From the IMG/VR virus record IMGVR_UViG_3300029936_000055: 30,382 nt of DNA, one strand, 5' to 3'. Positions 1 through 7,047 of the stretch are shown piece after piece; the first letter of the stretch is position 1; each line of letters starts with the position of its first letter. The notes beneath the pieces were generated by a model. It saw only the letters and a list, made by a program, of their open reading frames with translations, ran no database searches and was not told the DNA's origin. This DNA comes from a virus. Position numbers and translations under genes: made by a program.

Positions 1-114
1 CGGGTCGCGGCGATCAGGAAATCCCATGCGTGCTTCGGGTTCCCGGTTTCTGCAACTCCGGCAATTGCTGCCCGTCCCAGTACGTCATGCGGTAGTTCAG
101 CCGGGACAACCGCA
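1..114. repeat. Terminal direct repeat, copy 1 (identical to 30269..30382)
   Basis: Base-by-base comparison of both window ends. Confidence 0.95.
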
Positions 115-251
115 AAGCCCGCACGGGCCAAGGCCGCAATCAGCTTCGTCGGCCAGTCCTCAAGCGGCACGTCTTGGTTGTCCATCGCGCAGGCCGCTTC
201 GTAGAGCGTTTCGCGCGGGGTTGCAATCATGCTGTAGTAGCCTTGTTCCAT
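1..251 (-). CDS. Hypothetical early protein, 86 aa in total. It wraps the circle; the last 3 sense codons and the stop lie at 30268..30259.
   Basis: ATG at 251..249 with GGAG 6 nt upstream. Translation starts MEQGYYSMIATPRETLYEAACAMDNQDVPLEDWPTKLIAAL. The frame stays open across the junction to a TAA at 30261..30259. Confidence 0.55.
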   Translation of the reverse strand, partial: MEQGYYSMIATPRETLYEAACAMDNQDVPLEDWPTKLIAALARAGFAVVPAELPHDVLGRAAIAGVAETGNPKHAWDFLIAAT

Positions 252-286
252 GTCGTTCTCCGGTAGTTCGGCATAACAATTCATTC

Positions 287-312
287 AAGCCGACGTGCTA
301 CGCACGCGGCTT
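287..312 (-). other. Imperfect stem-loop (10 bp with one bulge) between the DUF551 gene and the next gene
   Basis: aagccgAcgtg-ctacg-cacgcggctt. There is no U-tract, so the function is unclear. Confidence 0.25.
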
Positions 313-322
313 AATTCCGGCG

Positions 323-640
323 TTAGGCCGCAGGCACCTCGGGGAGCGGCATCCAGTGAGTTACCACCGGGTCGCTGCCATCGTCGCAGATGCCGTTGTT
401 CTCCACCGGGTAGCACCACCCGTTGTGGTCGTGCGGGTTGCCGGTCCATTGGCCTGTTGCGGGAATCGTGATCTGCCCGGCAAAAGCCACAAGTACCTCG
501 GTGAACTTCTCCGGCAGGCGCTCGGTCACTGGCACCCACGCTCGCTCAGCGGCGAGGCGCTGCAGCTCATCCGCCGCCTCGAATGGTGCGCGGTCGTACT
601 TCAGCACGCAGTCTTTCCAACTGCCGTAGCTTTCTCTCAT
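323..640 (-). CDS. DUF551-like phage protein (105 aa)
   Basis: C-terminal pattern WVPVTERLPE...VLVAF...W...VTHWMPLPEVP is typical of DUF551. The ATG overlaps the upstream stop as ATGA. The longer 219-aa track ORF has an implausible Arg/Ser-rich N-terminus. Confidence 0.7.
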   Translation of the reverse strand: MRESYGSWKDCVLKYDRAPFEAADELQRLAAERAWVPVTERLPEKFTEVLVAFAGQITIPATGQWTGNPHDHNGWCYPVENNGICDDGSDPVVTHWMPLPEVPAA

Positions 641-822
641 CCAGTTCGGCGTGTCGCGCAGTCGATCGACAACAGGCACTCCGGACCATCTGCGTCTTCT
701 GGAGTGACTTTGATCACCTGGTAGCAGTACAGAGCGGCTGGCACGGGACGGATGAAGCTGCCGAGCGGTGGGTGCAACGCTGTCACTTGCATGAAATGCT
801 CCGCGTCCGGAAAATCGTGCAC
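637..822 (-). CDS. Hypothetical protein (61 aa)
   Basis: Its stop overlaps the DUF551 start (ATGA coupling). GC3 is moderate. The start is uncertain; an alternative ATG lies at 792. Confidence 0.4.
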   Translation of the reverse strand: MHDFPDAEHFMQVTALHPPLGSFIRPVPAALYCYQVIKVTPEDADGPECLLSIDCATRRTG

Positions 823-1019
823 GCTTCCCGCACAGCAGTAGCAACTTGTTCCGCCAGATTGTCTCCTCCGCTATCCGGCAATGCAAGGAACTCGCCGTCG
901 TCCGCCCACAGCGTGACGTCGACGTGTCCGTGCTCGATGCTGATGCGCACCTCGAAGCCGTCTGGCAAAAACCATTGGGCATGTTTGCATACGTCTTTCA
1001 ATCGTCCAGTACGCATCAC
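783..1019 (-). CDS. Hypothetical protein (78 aa)
   Basis: The ATG overlaps the stop of the upstream 229-aa gene. The sequence looks globular (WFLPDGFEVRISIEHGHVDVTLWADDGEF). Confidence 0.5.
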   Translation of the reverse strand: MMRTGRLKDVCKHAQWFLPDGFEVRISIEHGHVDVTLWADDGEFLALPDSGGDNLAEQVATAVREACTIFRTRSISCK

Positions 1020-1705
1020 TCGACCGCCGAAAAAACGATATCATGATGCGCATCGCCGACCAGCTCGACCCGATACACCCGCACCGTCTTGCCTTCCCGC
1101 CTGGCAATCCCGATGGCGCTGTCGACCCAGTCTTCACTGGCCAGCAGCTCGCAGTCCTGCAGTCCGGGCTTGCCATCGATCACCGCAACGTACTCGAGCA
1201 GCCCGAACGGATAGCAGTCTCCGGATACCGATTGAGGAATCGTCTGCAGCTCAATCTGTTCCGTGCCGCTGTCCTGTTCTGGCGCGCGCTGATCGGAAGT
1301 CAAAGGAGTAGCACAGCCCTCCAGGGCATCCGGATCAACGGGCTGCGTGGCCTGTACCTCGCTTTCCGTCTTGATCAGACTACAGAGCATTGTCGACCAC
1401 CCGGAATCCTGCGGCTGTACCGTGCTTGCTGGCGTGTCAACCGCTTGCTCTTCCAGTGCCGCCTGGTCGGGCGTCTTTTCGCTTGCGTAATTGCGCGCAC
1501 AGTATTCCCGCCCTCTGGTGGTCAGACGGTACAGGACGCATCCCGGGCCGTCGCTGGCGCGCTCGATGAGATTGTCCCGAACCGCCGGCCCAATGCTGCC
1601 GCGCAGATCGTCCAACGGCATGCCAATCATGGCCGACAGTTCCTGTCGTGTTTTCGGCCCATGAATGAGCAAGTGCTGCAAAATATGTTGACGCAAGCTG
1701 ACCAT
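1016..1705 (-). CDS. Winged-helix (MarR-like) DNA-binding protein with an unknown C-terminal domain (229 aa)
   Basis: The N-terminus LRQHILQHLLIHGPKTRQELSAMIGMPLDDLRGSIGPAVRDNLIERASDGPGCVLYRLTTRG has the wHTH pattern. A GGAGG SD lies upstream of the ATG. Confidence 0.65.
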   Translation of the reverse strand: MVSLRQHILQHLLIHGPKTRQELSAMIGMPLDDLRGSIGPAVRDNLIERASDGPGCVLYRLTTRGREYCARNYASEKTPDQAALEEQAVDTPASTVQPQDSGWSTMLCSLIKTESEVQATQPVDPDALEGCATPLTSDQRAPEQDSGTEQIELQTIPQSVSGDCYPFGLLEYVAVIDGKPGLQDCELLASEDWVDSAIGIARREGKTVRVYRVELVGDAHHDIVFSAVE

Positions 1706-1706
1706 G

Positions 1707-2105
1707 TCATCCTCCCCAATTCGATTGATTGCGCAGATCCAGAATCTTCCAGACGCTCGGAATACAGCAGCTCTGCGGTGGCTCCCCGCTGGTGGTCACC
1801 ACCACCTGGGGCGCCGCGATCCGCCTGACCGGTGTCGATCGCAGGTTGATCGTCCACGTCGGCTGAATCGCCAGCGTCATCAGGCGCTGCCAAAGCGCCG
1901 CGTGGTCCGGCGGCGCGCCGATGATTACCAGTGCATTCGGTTCGCACGCCGCCGCTTGCTCGACCGCATACGGATCCAGTACGCGCCGCGCATCCAGTGT
2001 GACCATGCCAGAATGGCGTCCCTGGCACGTGGCGAGCGCGATCCCGATTGCCCGGGCAACCGCCGGCCCTTCTGGGTCGTCGATGATGATGACGTGCTTG
2101 GTCAC
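1707..2105 (-). CDS. Hypothetical protein (132 aa)
   Basis: The GTG start overlaps the stop of the upstream micro-ORF (GTGA). It is tightly packed within the operon. Confidence 0.55.
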   Translation of the reverse strand: MTKHVIIIDDPEGPAVARAIGIALATCQGRHSGMVTLDARRVLDPYAVEQAAACEPNALVIIGAPPDHAALWQRLMTLAIQPTWTINLRSTPVRRIAAPQVVVTTSGEPPQSCCIPSVWKILDLRNQSNWGG

Positions 2106-2209
2106 AGCCGGTCATCCTCGTCTTCGCCGAGGCCTTCGCCAATCGCGCCGGCCACGACCAGCACGCACAGCAGGTAGATTCCAACCAGCAGGCCATCAAG
2201 CACGTCCAT
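2102..2209 (-). CDS. Small membrane peptide (35 aa), absent from the ORF track
   Basis: ATG 2209..2207 is preceded by GGGAGGTGGCGA (strong SD). Translation is MDVLDGLLVGIYLLCVLVVAGAIGEGLGEDEDDRL: one TM helix and an acidic tail. Confidence 0.5.
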   Translation of the reverse strand: MDVLDGLLVGIYLLCVLVVAGAIGEGLGEDEDDRL

Positions 2210-2441
2210 TCGCCACCTCCCGCGCGCGGTGATACGCCGCCCGGCACAGCTCGACGCGCCATTCAGCGCGCAGCCTCCTCGCGAAGAGCTCCCGCCTCTT
2301 GTCGTGCGCCATCCGCCGCCTGGTGGATTCGGTCAGCGCATCGGAAACGCGCTGCAGCTGGACCTCGGCCGCCAACAGCCTGCAGGCGGCAAGAATGCGT
2401 TGCGCCCGCTGGCGCAGCAGTTTGGTGACGGGGTTTGGCAT
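2196..2441 (-). CDS. Hypothetical basic helical protein (81 aa); first gene of the early-left operon
   Basis: ATG 2441 with AGAGG upstream. It lies downstream of the PL-like promoter. Translation starts MPNPVTKLLRQRAQRILAACRLLAAEVQLQRV. Confidence 0.5.
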   Translation of the reverse strand: MPNPVTKLLRQRAQRILAACRLLAAEVQLQRVSDALTESTRRRMAHDKRRELFARRLRAEWRVELCRAAYHRAREVANGRA

Positions 2442-2502
2442 GGGTGGGCCTCTTCGAGATCGGTTGATCGGTGTTGCTGCCGTTTGCTGTGACAGCGCCT
2501 GC

Positions 2503-2531
2503 ACGATAGCTCACACTAGCGACGGTGTCAA
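2503..2531 (-). promoter_or_regulatory. PL-like promoter: TTGACA-N17-TATCGT
   Basis: Minus-strand -35 at 2531..2526 and -10 at 2508..2503. It sits just downstream of the repressor-operon terminator, and its -10 hexamer matches that of the PR-like promoter. Confidence 0.55.
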
Positions 2532-2547
2532 TAGTGATTACTATCAC
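2531..2547. promoter_or_regulatory. Overlapping near-palindromes ATAGTGATTACTAT / GTGATTACTATCAC (candidate OL operator)
   Basis: Dyad symmetry abuts the -35 element. Confidence 0.35.
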
Positions 2548-2557
2548 GCAAGGCGAC

Positions 2558-2580
2558 AAAAAAGCCCGCGCAAGCGGGCT
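2558..2580 (-). terminator. Rho-independent terminator ending the repressor transcription unit
   Basis: The minus strand reads AGCCCGC-TTGC-GCGGGCT followed by TTTTTT, 25 nt after the stop at 2606. Confidence 0.7.
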
Positions 2581-2605
2581 TGGTCTCAGCGTCGATAGTA
2601 TTGAC

Positions 2606-2905
2606 TCATCGCGATAGCAGACCAATCAACCCTACCACGAACAGCGCGATGAAGATTCCGGCCGGCACGGTCGCCATGATCACGTAGATGATCAACCGCA
2701 CGACCGAAAAAAACGGCAGCCGGATGTCGACGAGCACCGCGCGCACGGTCGGCTCTGTGGCAGCGCTGTCGACGGCGATCGCTCCGTCGCTGACCGGAGT
2801 CACGTCGGGTGCGGCCGTAGTCTTCGCCGGGCCAGATGCAACGATCGGCGAAGCTGGCTGGTCAGGAGCCAGCCGGGACCTGGGTGTTCGTGTCTGCTGT
2901 GTCAT
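2606..2905 (-). CDS. Membrane protein with two C-terminal TM helices (up to 99 aa), co-transcribed with the repressor
   Basis: The C-terminus FFSVVRLIIYVIMATVPAGIFIALFVVGLIGLL is hydrophobic with high GC3. The start is uncertain: there is no SD at 2905, and the ORF overlaps the repressor gene by 44 nt. Confidence 0.5.
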   Translation of the reverse strand: MTQQTRTPRSRLAPDQPASPIVASGPAKTTAAPDVTPVSDGAIAVDSAATEPTVRAVLVDIRLPFFSVVRLIIYVIMATVPAGIFIALFVVGLIGLLSR

Positions 2906-3353
2906 CGCTGTTTGTGGTTGTCGTCGCTGTCCGCCTTACCCCGTAAGCGGCCGCGATCACGCGCACGGCGCCAAGAATCTCAAGATGCGCGCGCCCGGGG
3001 AGTTGTCGAATGATGCGCAGGATTTCCAAGACGGTCAACGAGTCTGTCACCACGTACTCAGCAAGGCTTTGGTCTGCCACGGGTGGCCGTGCCTCTTGCG
3101 CGTGCGGTTGCGTCTCTTGCTCGAAATACTGCGGATCGAGGTTGCAGCGGATCGCCATCTTCAGCCGCGCTTTTTCCCCGAATGGCGAATGCCCGTTCAA
3201 GATTTGCGAAACGTATGACGCATCAATCGGGCTATGGTCTGTATTCCTGCTCCACGTGCGGGCAAATGCCGCCGGCCCGCCATGCGCCTCCACCATTGCC
3301 TTGAGCTTTTCGATTGCCAAAGATTCCCGACTCATCCGCTCAGTCTTGTTCAC
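2862..3353 (-). CDS. CI-like HTH repressor with no recognisable S24 peptidase domain (163 aa)
   Basis: HTH segment SYVSQILNGHSPFGEKARLKMAIRCNL. The gene is divergent from the cro-like gene. It starts at GTG 3353; an alternative ATG is at 3335. Confidence 0.65.
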   Translation of the reverse strand: MNKTERMSRESLAIEKLKAMVEAHGGPAAFARTWSRNTDHSPIDASYVSQILNGHSPFGEKARLKMAIRCNLDPQYFEQETQPHAQEARPPVADQSLAEYVVTDSLTVLEILRIIRQLPGRAHLEILGAVRVIAAAYGVRRTATTTTNSDDTADTNTQVPAGS

Positions 3354-3365
3354 ATCCGTATCCTA

Positions 3366-3388
3366 TGCAATTCGTAAAAACTATTGCA
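3366..3388. promoter_or_regulatory. Operator candidate: TGCAAT-N11-ATTGCA perfect dyad
   Basis: It lies between the divergent repressor and cro-like genes and overlaps the PR -35 element. Confidence 0.45.
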
Positions 3389-3412
3389 CCCAACATTAGT
3401 CCGTGCTATCGT
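3384..3412 (+). promoter_or_regulatory. PR-like promoter: TTGCAC-N17-TATCGT
   Basis: The -10 ends 6 nt before the cro-like ATG (3419), which predicts a leaderless or near-leaderless mRNA. Confidence 0.5.
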
Positions 3413-3418
3413 TACCCA

Positions 3419-3643
3419 ATGGACCTCAAGACTTACCTTCAAGACCAAGGATCTGCCGCCAGGTTGGCTCGTGCTTTGGACGTCCATCCAGCGATGGTTG
3501 CCCAATGGAAGAGCGGCCGGCTTACTGTTCCTGTGCAGCGGTGCATCGACATCGAGATCGCCACCGGTGGGGCTGTTACCTGCGAAGACCTCAGGTCAGA
3601 TGTTGATTGGGCCTACCTGTCATCGCGCCAGATTGCTGCTTGA
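3419..3643 (+). CDS. Cro/YdaS-like HTH regulator (74 aa)
   Basis: GSAARLARALDVHPAMVAQWKSGRLTVPVQRCIDIEIATGGAVTCEDLRSDV matches the YdaS/Cro family pattern. Confidence 0.75.
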   Translation: MDLKTYLQDQGSAARLARALDVHPAMVAQWKSGRLTVPVQRCIDIEIATGGAVTCEDLRSDVDWAYLSSRQIAA

Positions 3644-3647
3644 ATTC

Positions 3648-3703
3648 ACGATAGCAGTGCGCTTGTCCGCGCTTGTCCGTGAACCTCGGACAACCACGGA
3701 CAA
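3648..3703 (-). promoter_or_regulatory. PRE/pE-like activator-dependent promoter candidate: TATCGT -10 (3653..3648) plus four heptamers (TTGTCCG x2, CGGACAA x2)
   Basis: Heptamers start at 3663, 3673, 3687 and 3697, with 10-bp phasing within each pair and the pairs inverted. The dyad centre is at about -42 relative to a leftward start. Confidence 0.4.
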
Positions 3704-3723
3704 CCCATCCAGAAGGAGGAACG

Positions 3724-4104
3724 ATGCAGTACGAGTCGATGGAAGAAGCTCTGCGCGACTTGGTTCGCGCGCTCGGCGGGACGAAAGCAGTTGGGGCCAA
3801 GCTGTTCCCCGCGCTGCCGATCGAGCAGGCGGCGAGCCGGGTCAGCGACAGCCTCAACCCGGATCGCCGGCAGCACCTCGCACCGCACGAGCTGCTGTAC
3901 CTCCTTCGCATGTCGTGCCAGGCTGGTCACCACTGCGCGATGCAGTACTTCTGCGCCATCGCCGGATACGAGCAACCACGCCCGACGCGCGACGAACAAG
4001 AGTTGGCCGAGCTCCAGGCCGCATTCGTCCAGGCCGTCGCTGACTTACATCGGATGACATCGGCCATCGAAGCGCTGTCATCACCCAAGCTGCGCAGCGT
4101 CTGA
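3724..4104 (+). CDS. Phage regulatory protein CII (CP76 family)-like (126 aa)
   Basis: AGGAGG SD. The motif SLNPDRRQHLAPHELLYLLRMS resembles the CP76 signature KLNPeqphqftppEL. Confidence 0.6.
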   Translation: MQYESMEEALRDLVRALGGTKAVGAKLFPALPIEQAASRVSDSLNPDRRQHLAPHELLYLLRMSCQAGHHCAMQYFCAIAGYEQPRPTRDEQELAELQAAFVQAVADLHRMTSAIEALSSPKLRSV

Positions 4105-4310
4105 TGGACATCGTGGACATGGCTCAAGAGGCCGAAGCCATCATCTTGCAGCAGGCTATTCGCCGATCCATTCAGCCAGCCTACACCCTGACCGCGTGCG
4201 GTTGCTGCCACAACTGCAGCGCATCAGTCCCCGCAGGCTCCACATTCTGCGACGTCGACTGCCGCGACGACTGGTCAAGACGCAACCCATCCCCCCCACG
4301 GGCAGCGTGA
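4104..4310 (+). CDS. TraR/DksA-type zinc-finger protein (68 aa)
   Basis: C-terminal CGCCHNC...FCDVDCRDDWSRR Cys cluster. The start is coupled to the upstream stop (TGATG). Confidence 0.5.
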   Translation: MDIVDMAQEAEAIILQQAIRRSIQPAYTLTACGCCHNCSASVPAGSTFCDVDCRDDWSRRNPSPPRAA

Positions 4311-4375
4311 CGCAACCAATGCGCAACCCCCCCGCAACCACAACCAACAGCAGCCAGCAAGGTACTCCCGCAACC
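4281..4375 (+). repeat. Five direct copies of CGCAACC (starts 4281, 4311, 4322, 4333, 4369)
   Basis: The three central copies are exactly 11 bp apart. The cluster lies in the leader of the primase-helicase gene. Confidence 0.6.
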
Positions 4376-4413
4376 TTCCCATTCACGGGTAATGCGCGCC
4401 GTGTGGCGCTAGG

Positions 4414-6861
4414 GTGTGGCGTGACAGGAAGGGAAACCCGGGCTTGCTGAACTACGACGACGTTCTCGACCAGCTGCGCGCCGTCGGAATTCGGCCGCGG
4501 GACGGGCGGCTGGTGATCGATGCGCCTGGCTTTCAGCGGTGCGTCGTCGACGGCGAAGGGCGGGAGACGCGAGGCTGGTACCAGCTGCGGTCGATGCCGC
4601 TGCGCGAACGGCCCGGCGAGTATGCCATTGTCGGGTCGTTTGGCGTCTGGCGCGGGGCCGAGAACGAGTCGCACCAGGTGGTCGTGCGGCTCGACGTCGG
4701 GATGACGCCCGAAGAGCGGTCGCTGATGCGGCAGGTACAGGTGCGGGCGCAGCGCGATGCGGGCGTCGAGCAGCTCCGGCTGCAGCAGAAGATGGCGGAT
4801 CGCGCGGCCGGATGGTGGGCGCGCATGGATGTCTCGGGGCGCAGTGCGTACCTGGAGCGGAAGGGGCTGCCGGCCGGCAATCTCTACGGCGCCCGCGTCA
4901 GCGCGCGCGGTAACCTGGTGATCCCGGCCATCGACAGTGCGGCCCGCATCTGGTGCCTGCAGGTCATCTACTCCGACCCGGAGATCAAGGCCCGGAAGAA
5001 GCGCGACAAGGACTACACGCCGAAGTCGGCGACGTACCGCGGGCGATACTTCGTCATCGGGCCATCGCTCTACGCGGGCGGGGTGGCTCTGGTGTGCGAG
5101 GGCTTCGCGACAGGCGCGTCGCTGCACGAGGCGACCGGGCTGGCCGTGGTCGTCGCGTTCGCTGCCGGGAATCTGCAGCCGGCCGTGCAGGAGATCGCGA
5201 AGGCGCACCGCGGCATCCGGCTGTTGATCTGCGCCGACGACGATTACGACTGGCAGGCGATCCCCGACAAGCCGAAGCTGAACGCCGGCGTCGTCGCAGC
5301 GCGCCAGGCGGCTTTGGCTGTCGCCGGGGCGGTCTGCCTTCCGGTGTTCCCTGGCGATCGTCCGACCGTGACGCACAAGGGACCAACGGACTTCAACGAC
5401 CTGCACTGTCACCCGCACGGCGGACTGCACCTTGTGGCGCAGCAGGTGACCGCCTCCTTGTCGGCCCTCGACTGGTTGCCCCGGTCTGCGGTTGCGTCTG
5501 CCAGGGGGCCAGCGGCATCAGGGGGTGGAGGGTCTGCCGCGGCGAAGCCTGAACTGCGCGCCTTCTACACGCTGGAAGAGGCGGTCGAAAAGTGGGTGCT
5601 GATCTACGGGTCCAACGGCTGCTTCTTCGACGTCGACGAGCACACTCTGGTGCCGAAGGCGGATGTCTACGCATTGACCGCCGACCACGTATCGCGCGAC
5701 TGGAAGCGTCACCCGAACCGACAGGTCGCGCGAATCAGCGAGGTGGGGTTTGATCCGACGGAAACCGATGCATCGGTGCGCTGCAACCTGTGGGGCGGAT
5801 GGCCGACGGTGCCGCGGGAGGGAGACTGCTCGATACTGCTCGATCTGCTGTACTACCTGTGCAGCGGCGAGCAGAACGGGCCGGAATGCGCGCAGTGGGT
5901 GCTCAAGTGGCTGGCGTACCCGATCCAGCATCCGGGCGCCAAGATGCGCTCGACGATCATTTTCCACGGCGACCCAGGCGCCGGCAAGAATGTGTTCTTC
6001 GAGGCGATCAAGGCGATTTACGGCGACTACGGCCGCGTCATCGATCAGTCAGCCGTCGAAGACAAGTTCAATGACTGGGCGTCGCGCAAGCTGTTCCTGG
6101 TTGCCGACGAAGTCGTCGCGCGCAACGAGCTGTACTATTTGAAAAATAAGCTAAAGGGAATCATCACCGGGGAATGGATCCGCATCAACCCCAAGCAGGT
6201 GGCCGCGCACGACGAGCGCAACCATGTCAACATGGTCTTCCTGAGCAACGAACTGCAGCCGCAGGTGATCGAGGCGGGAGACCGGCGATACTTCGTCGTC
6301 TGGACGCCGCCGAAGCTGTCGAAGCCTTTCTATCGCGATGTCGGGCAGGCGCTGAAGAATGGCGCCATCCCGGCGCTGCATCACTATCTGCTGCATCTGC
6401 CGCTGGGCGACTTCAACGAGCACACCGAGCCGCCGATGACGGCCGCCAAGCGATCGGTGCAGGAGTTGTCGGCCAGCTCGACGGATCGCTTCGTATCCGA
6501 ATGGTCGGCTGGCGACACGCCGTGGCCGTTCGGCATGTGCTCCAGCGGCCAGCTGTACACCGCCTATAGCCGCTGGTGCTCGACGCGCGGCGAGAAGGCT
6601 CGGGCGCAGCTCCACCTCTCCGCGTACGTCGGCAAGCTCAACGGCTGGGCAATCCAGCACAAGGATGTCTTCGGCAACTGCATGTACTCCGGATCGCCGC
6701 GTCGCATGCGGATGATTGTCCCGGATTCCGGACTGATCGAGGACCACATCAAGCGGGGCGTCCCGGAGGCCGACCTGCGCAAGCCGGCGGACAAGAGCGA
6801 GGCGCAGTGGGCGACGGACTGCTTCTTCCGGATGTCGTCGGCGCTCGGAGAAGCATCGTGA
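4414..6861 (+). CDS. Bifunctional Toprim primase / SF3 (D5/P4-alpha-like) helicase (815 aa)
   Basis: Toprim segment VALVCEGFATGASL...LLICADDD. Walker A is GDPGAGKN and Walker B is LFLVADEV. The start codon (GTG 4414) is uncertain. Confidence 0.85.
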   Translation: MWRDRKGNPGLLNYDDVLDQLRAVGIRPRDGRLVIDAPGFQRCVVDGEGRETRGWYQLRSMPLRERPGEYAIVGSFGVWRGAENESHQVVVRLDVGMTPEERSLMRQVQVRAQRDAGVEQLRLQQKMADRAAGWWARMDVSGRSAYLERKGLPAGNLYGARVSARGNLVIPAIDSAARIWCLQVIYSDPEIKARKKRDKDYTPKSATYRGRYFVIGPSLYAGGVALVCEGFATGASLHEATGLAVVVAFAAGNLQPAVQEIAKAHRGIRLLICADDDYDWQAIPDKPKLNAGVVAARQAALAVAGAVCLPVFPGDRPTVTHKGPTDFNDLHCHPHGGLHLVAQQVTASLSALDWLPRSAVASARGPAASGGGGSAAAKPELRAFYTLEEAVEKWVLIYGSNGCFFDVDEHTLVPKADVYALTADHVSRDWKRHPNRQVARISEVGFDPTETDASVRCNLWGGWPTVPREGDCSILLDLLYYLCSGEQNGPECAQWVLKWLAYPIQHPGAKMRSTIIFHGDPGAGKNVFFEAIKAIYGDYGRVIDQSAVEDKFNDWASRKLFLVADEVVARNELYYLKNKLKGIITGEWIRINPKQVAAHDERNHVNMVFLSNELQPQVIEAGDRRYFVVWTPPKLSKPFYRDVGQALKNGAIPALHHYLLHLPLGDFNEHTEPPMTAAKRSVQELSASSTDRFVSEWSAGDTPWPFGMCSSGQLYTAYSRWCSTRGEKARAQLHLSAYVGKLNGWAIQHKDVFGNCMYSGSPRRMRMIVPDSGLIEDHIKRGVPEADLRKPADKSEAQWATDCFFRMSSALGEAS

Positions 6862-6862
6862 A

Positions 6863-7001
6863 CGCACGCATCGATGCCTCCGCACGCCTCACCGCACGCA
6901 GTAGCGCACGGTTCAAGTCCTTGTTTTCATTGAAAACGCACGCACCGCACGCAGTTTCGCGTACACGTATGCGCGCGACGCAGGCACACCTGCAGGCACG
7001 C
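6863..7001 (+). repeat. Left array of about 7 CGCACGC-type heptamers
   Basis: Exact copies start at 6863, 6881, 6893, 6937 and 6946. Variants lie at 6905 and 6996. Confidence 0.7.
6923..6937. repeat. AT-rich perfect palindrome GTTTTCA-T-TGAAAAC inside the left array
   Basis: It is the only AT-rich stretch in the 330-bp noncoding gap. Confidence 0.6.
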
Positions 7002-7047
7002 ATGCGGGCATCGTGCGGATTCATCGCGCGCGTATACGTGATTTCAT

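Noticed and set aside
1-114. The terminal repeats as attL/attR of an excised prophage.
   Set aside because: The repeat lies inside a continuous coding frame and is unrelated to the tRNA-identical core next to int.
26-724. A 232-aa plus-strand ORF at the window start, together with other plus-strand ORFs across 1..2500.
   Set aside because: The minus strand carries a tightly coupled operon (ATGA/GTGA overlaps, SDs, DUF551 motif). The plus-strand translations are Arg/Pro/Ser-rich.
4156-5430. A 424-aa ORF antisense to the primase-helicase gene. Similar long antisense ORFs lie at 10250..11272, 13005..14597, 15257..16705 and 20719..22716.
   Set aside because: The opposite strand encodes proteins with clear family motifs (Toprim/SF3 helicase, GpA, portal, capsid, tape measure). 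The antisense translations are Arg/Gly/Ala/Pro-rich and low in complexity. Open antisense frames are expected in high-GC DNA.
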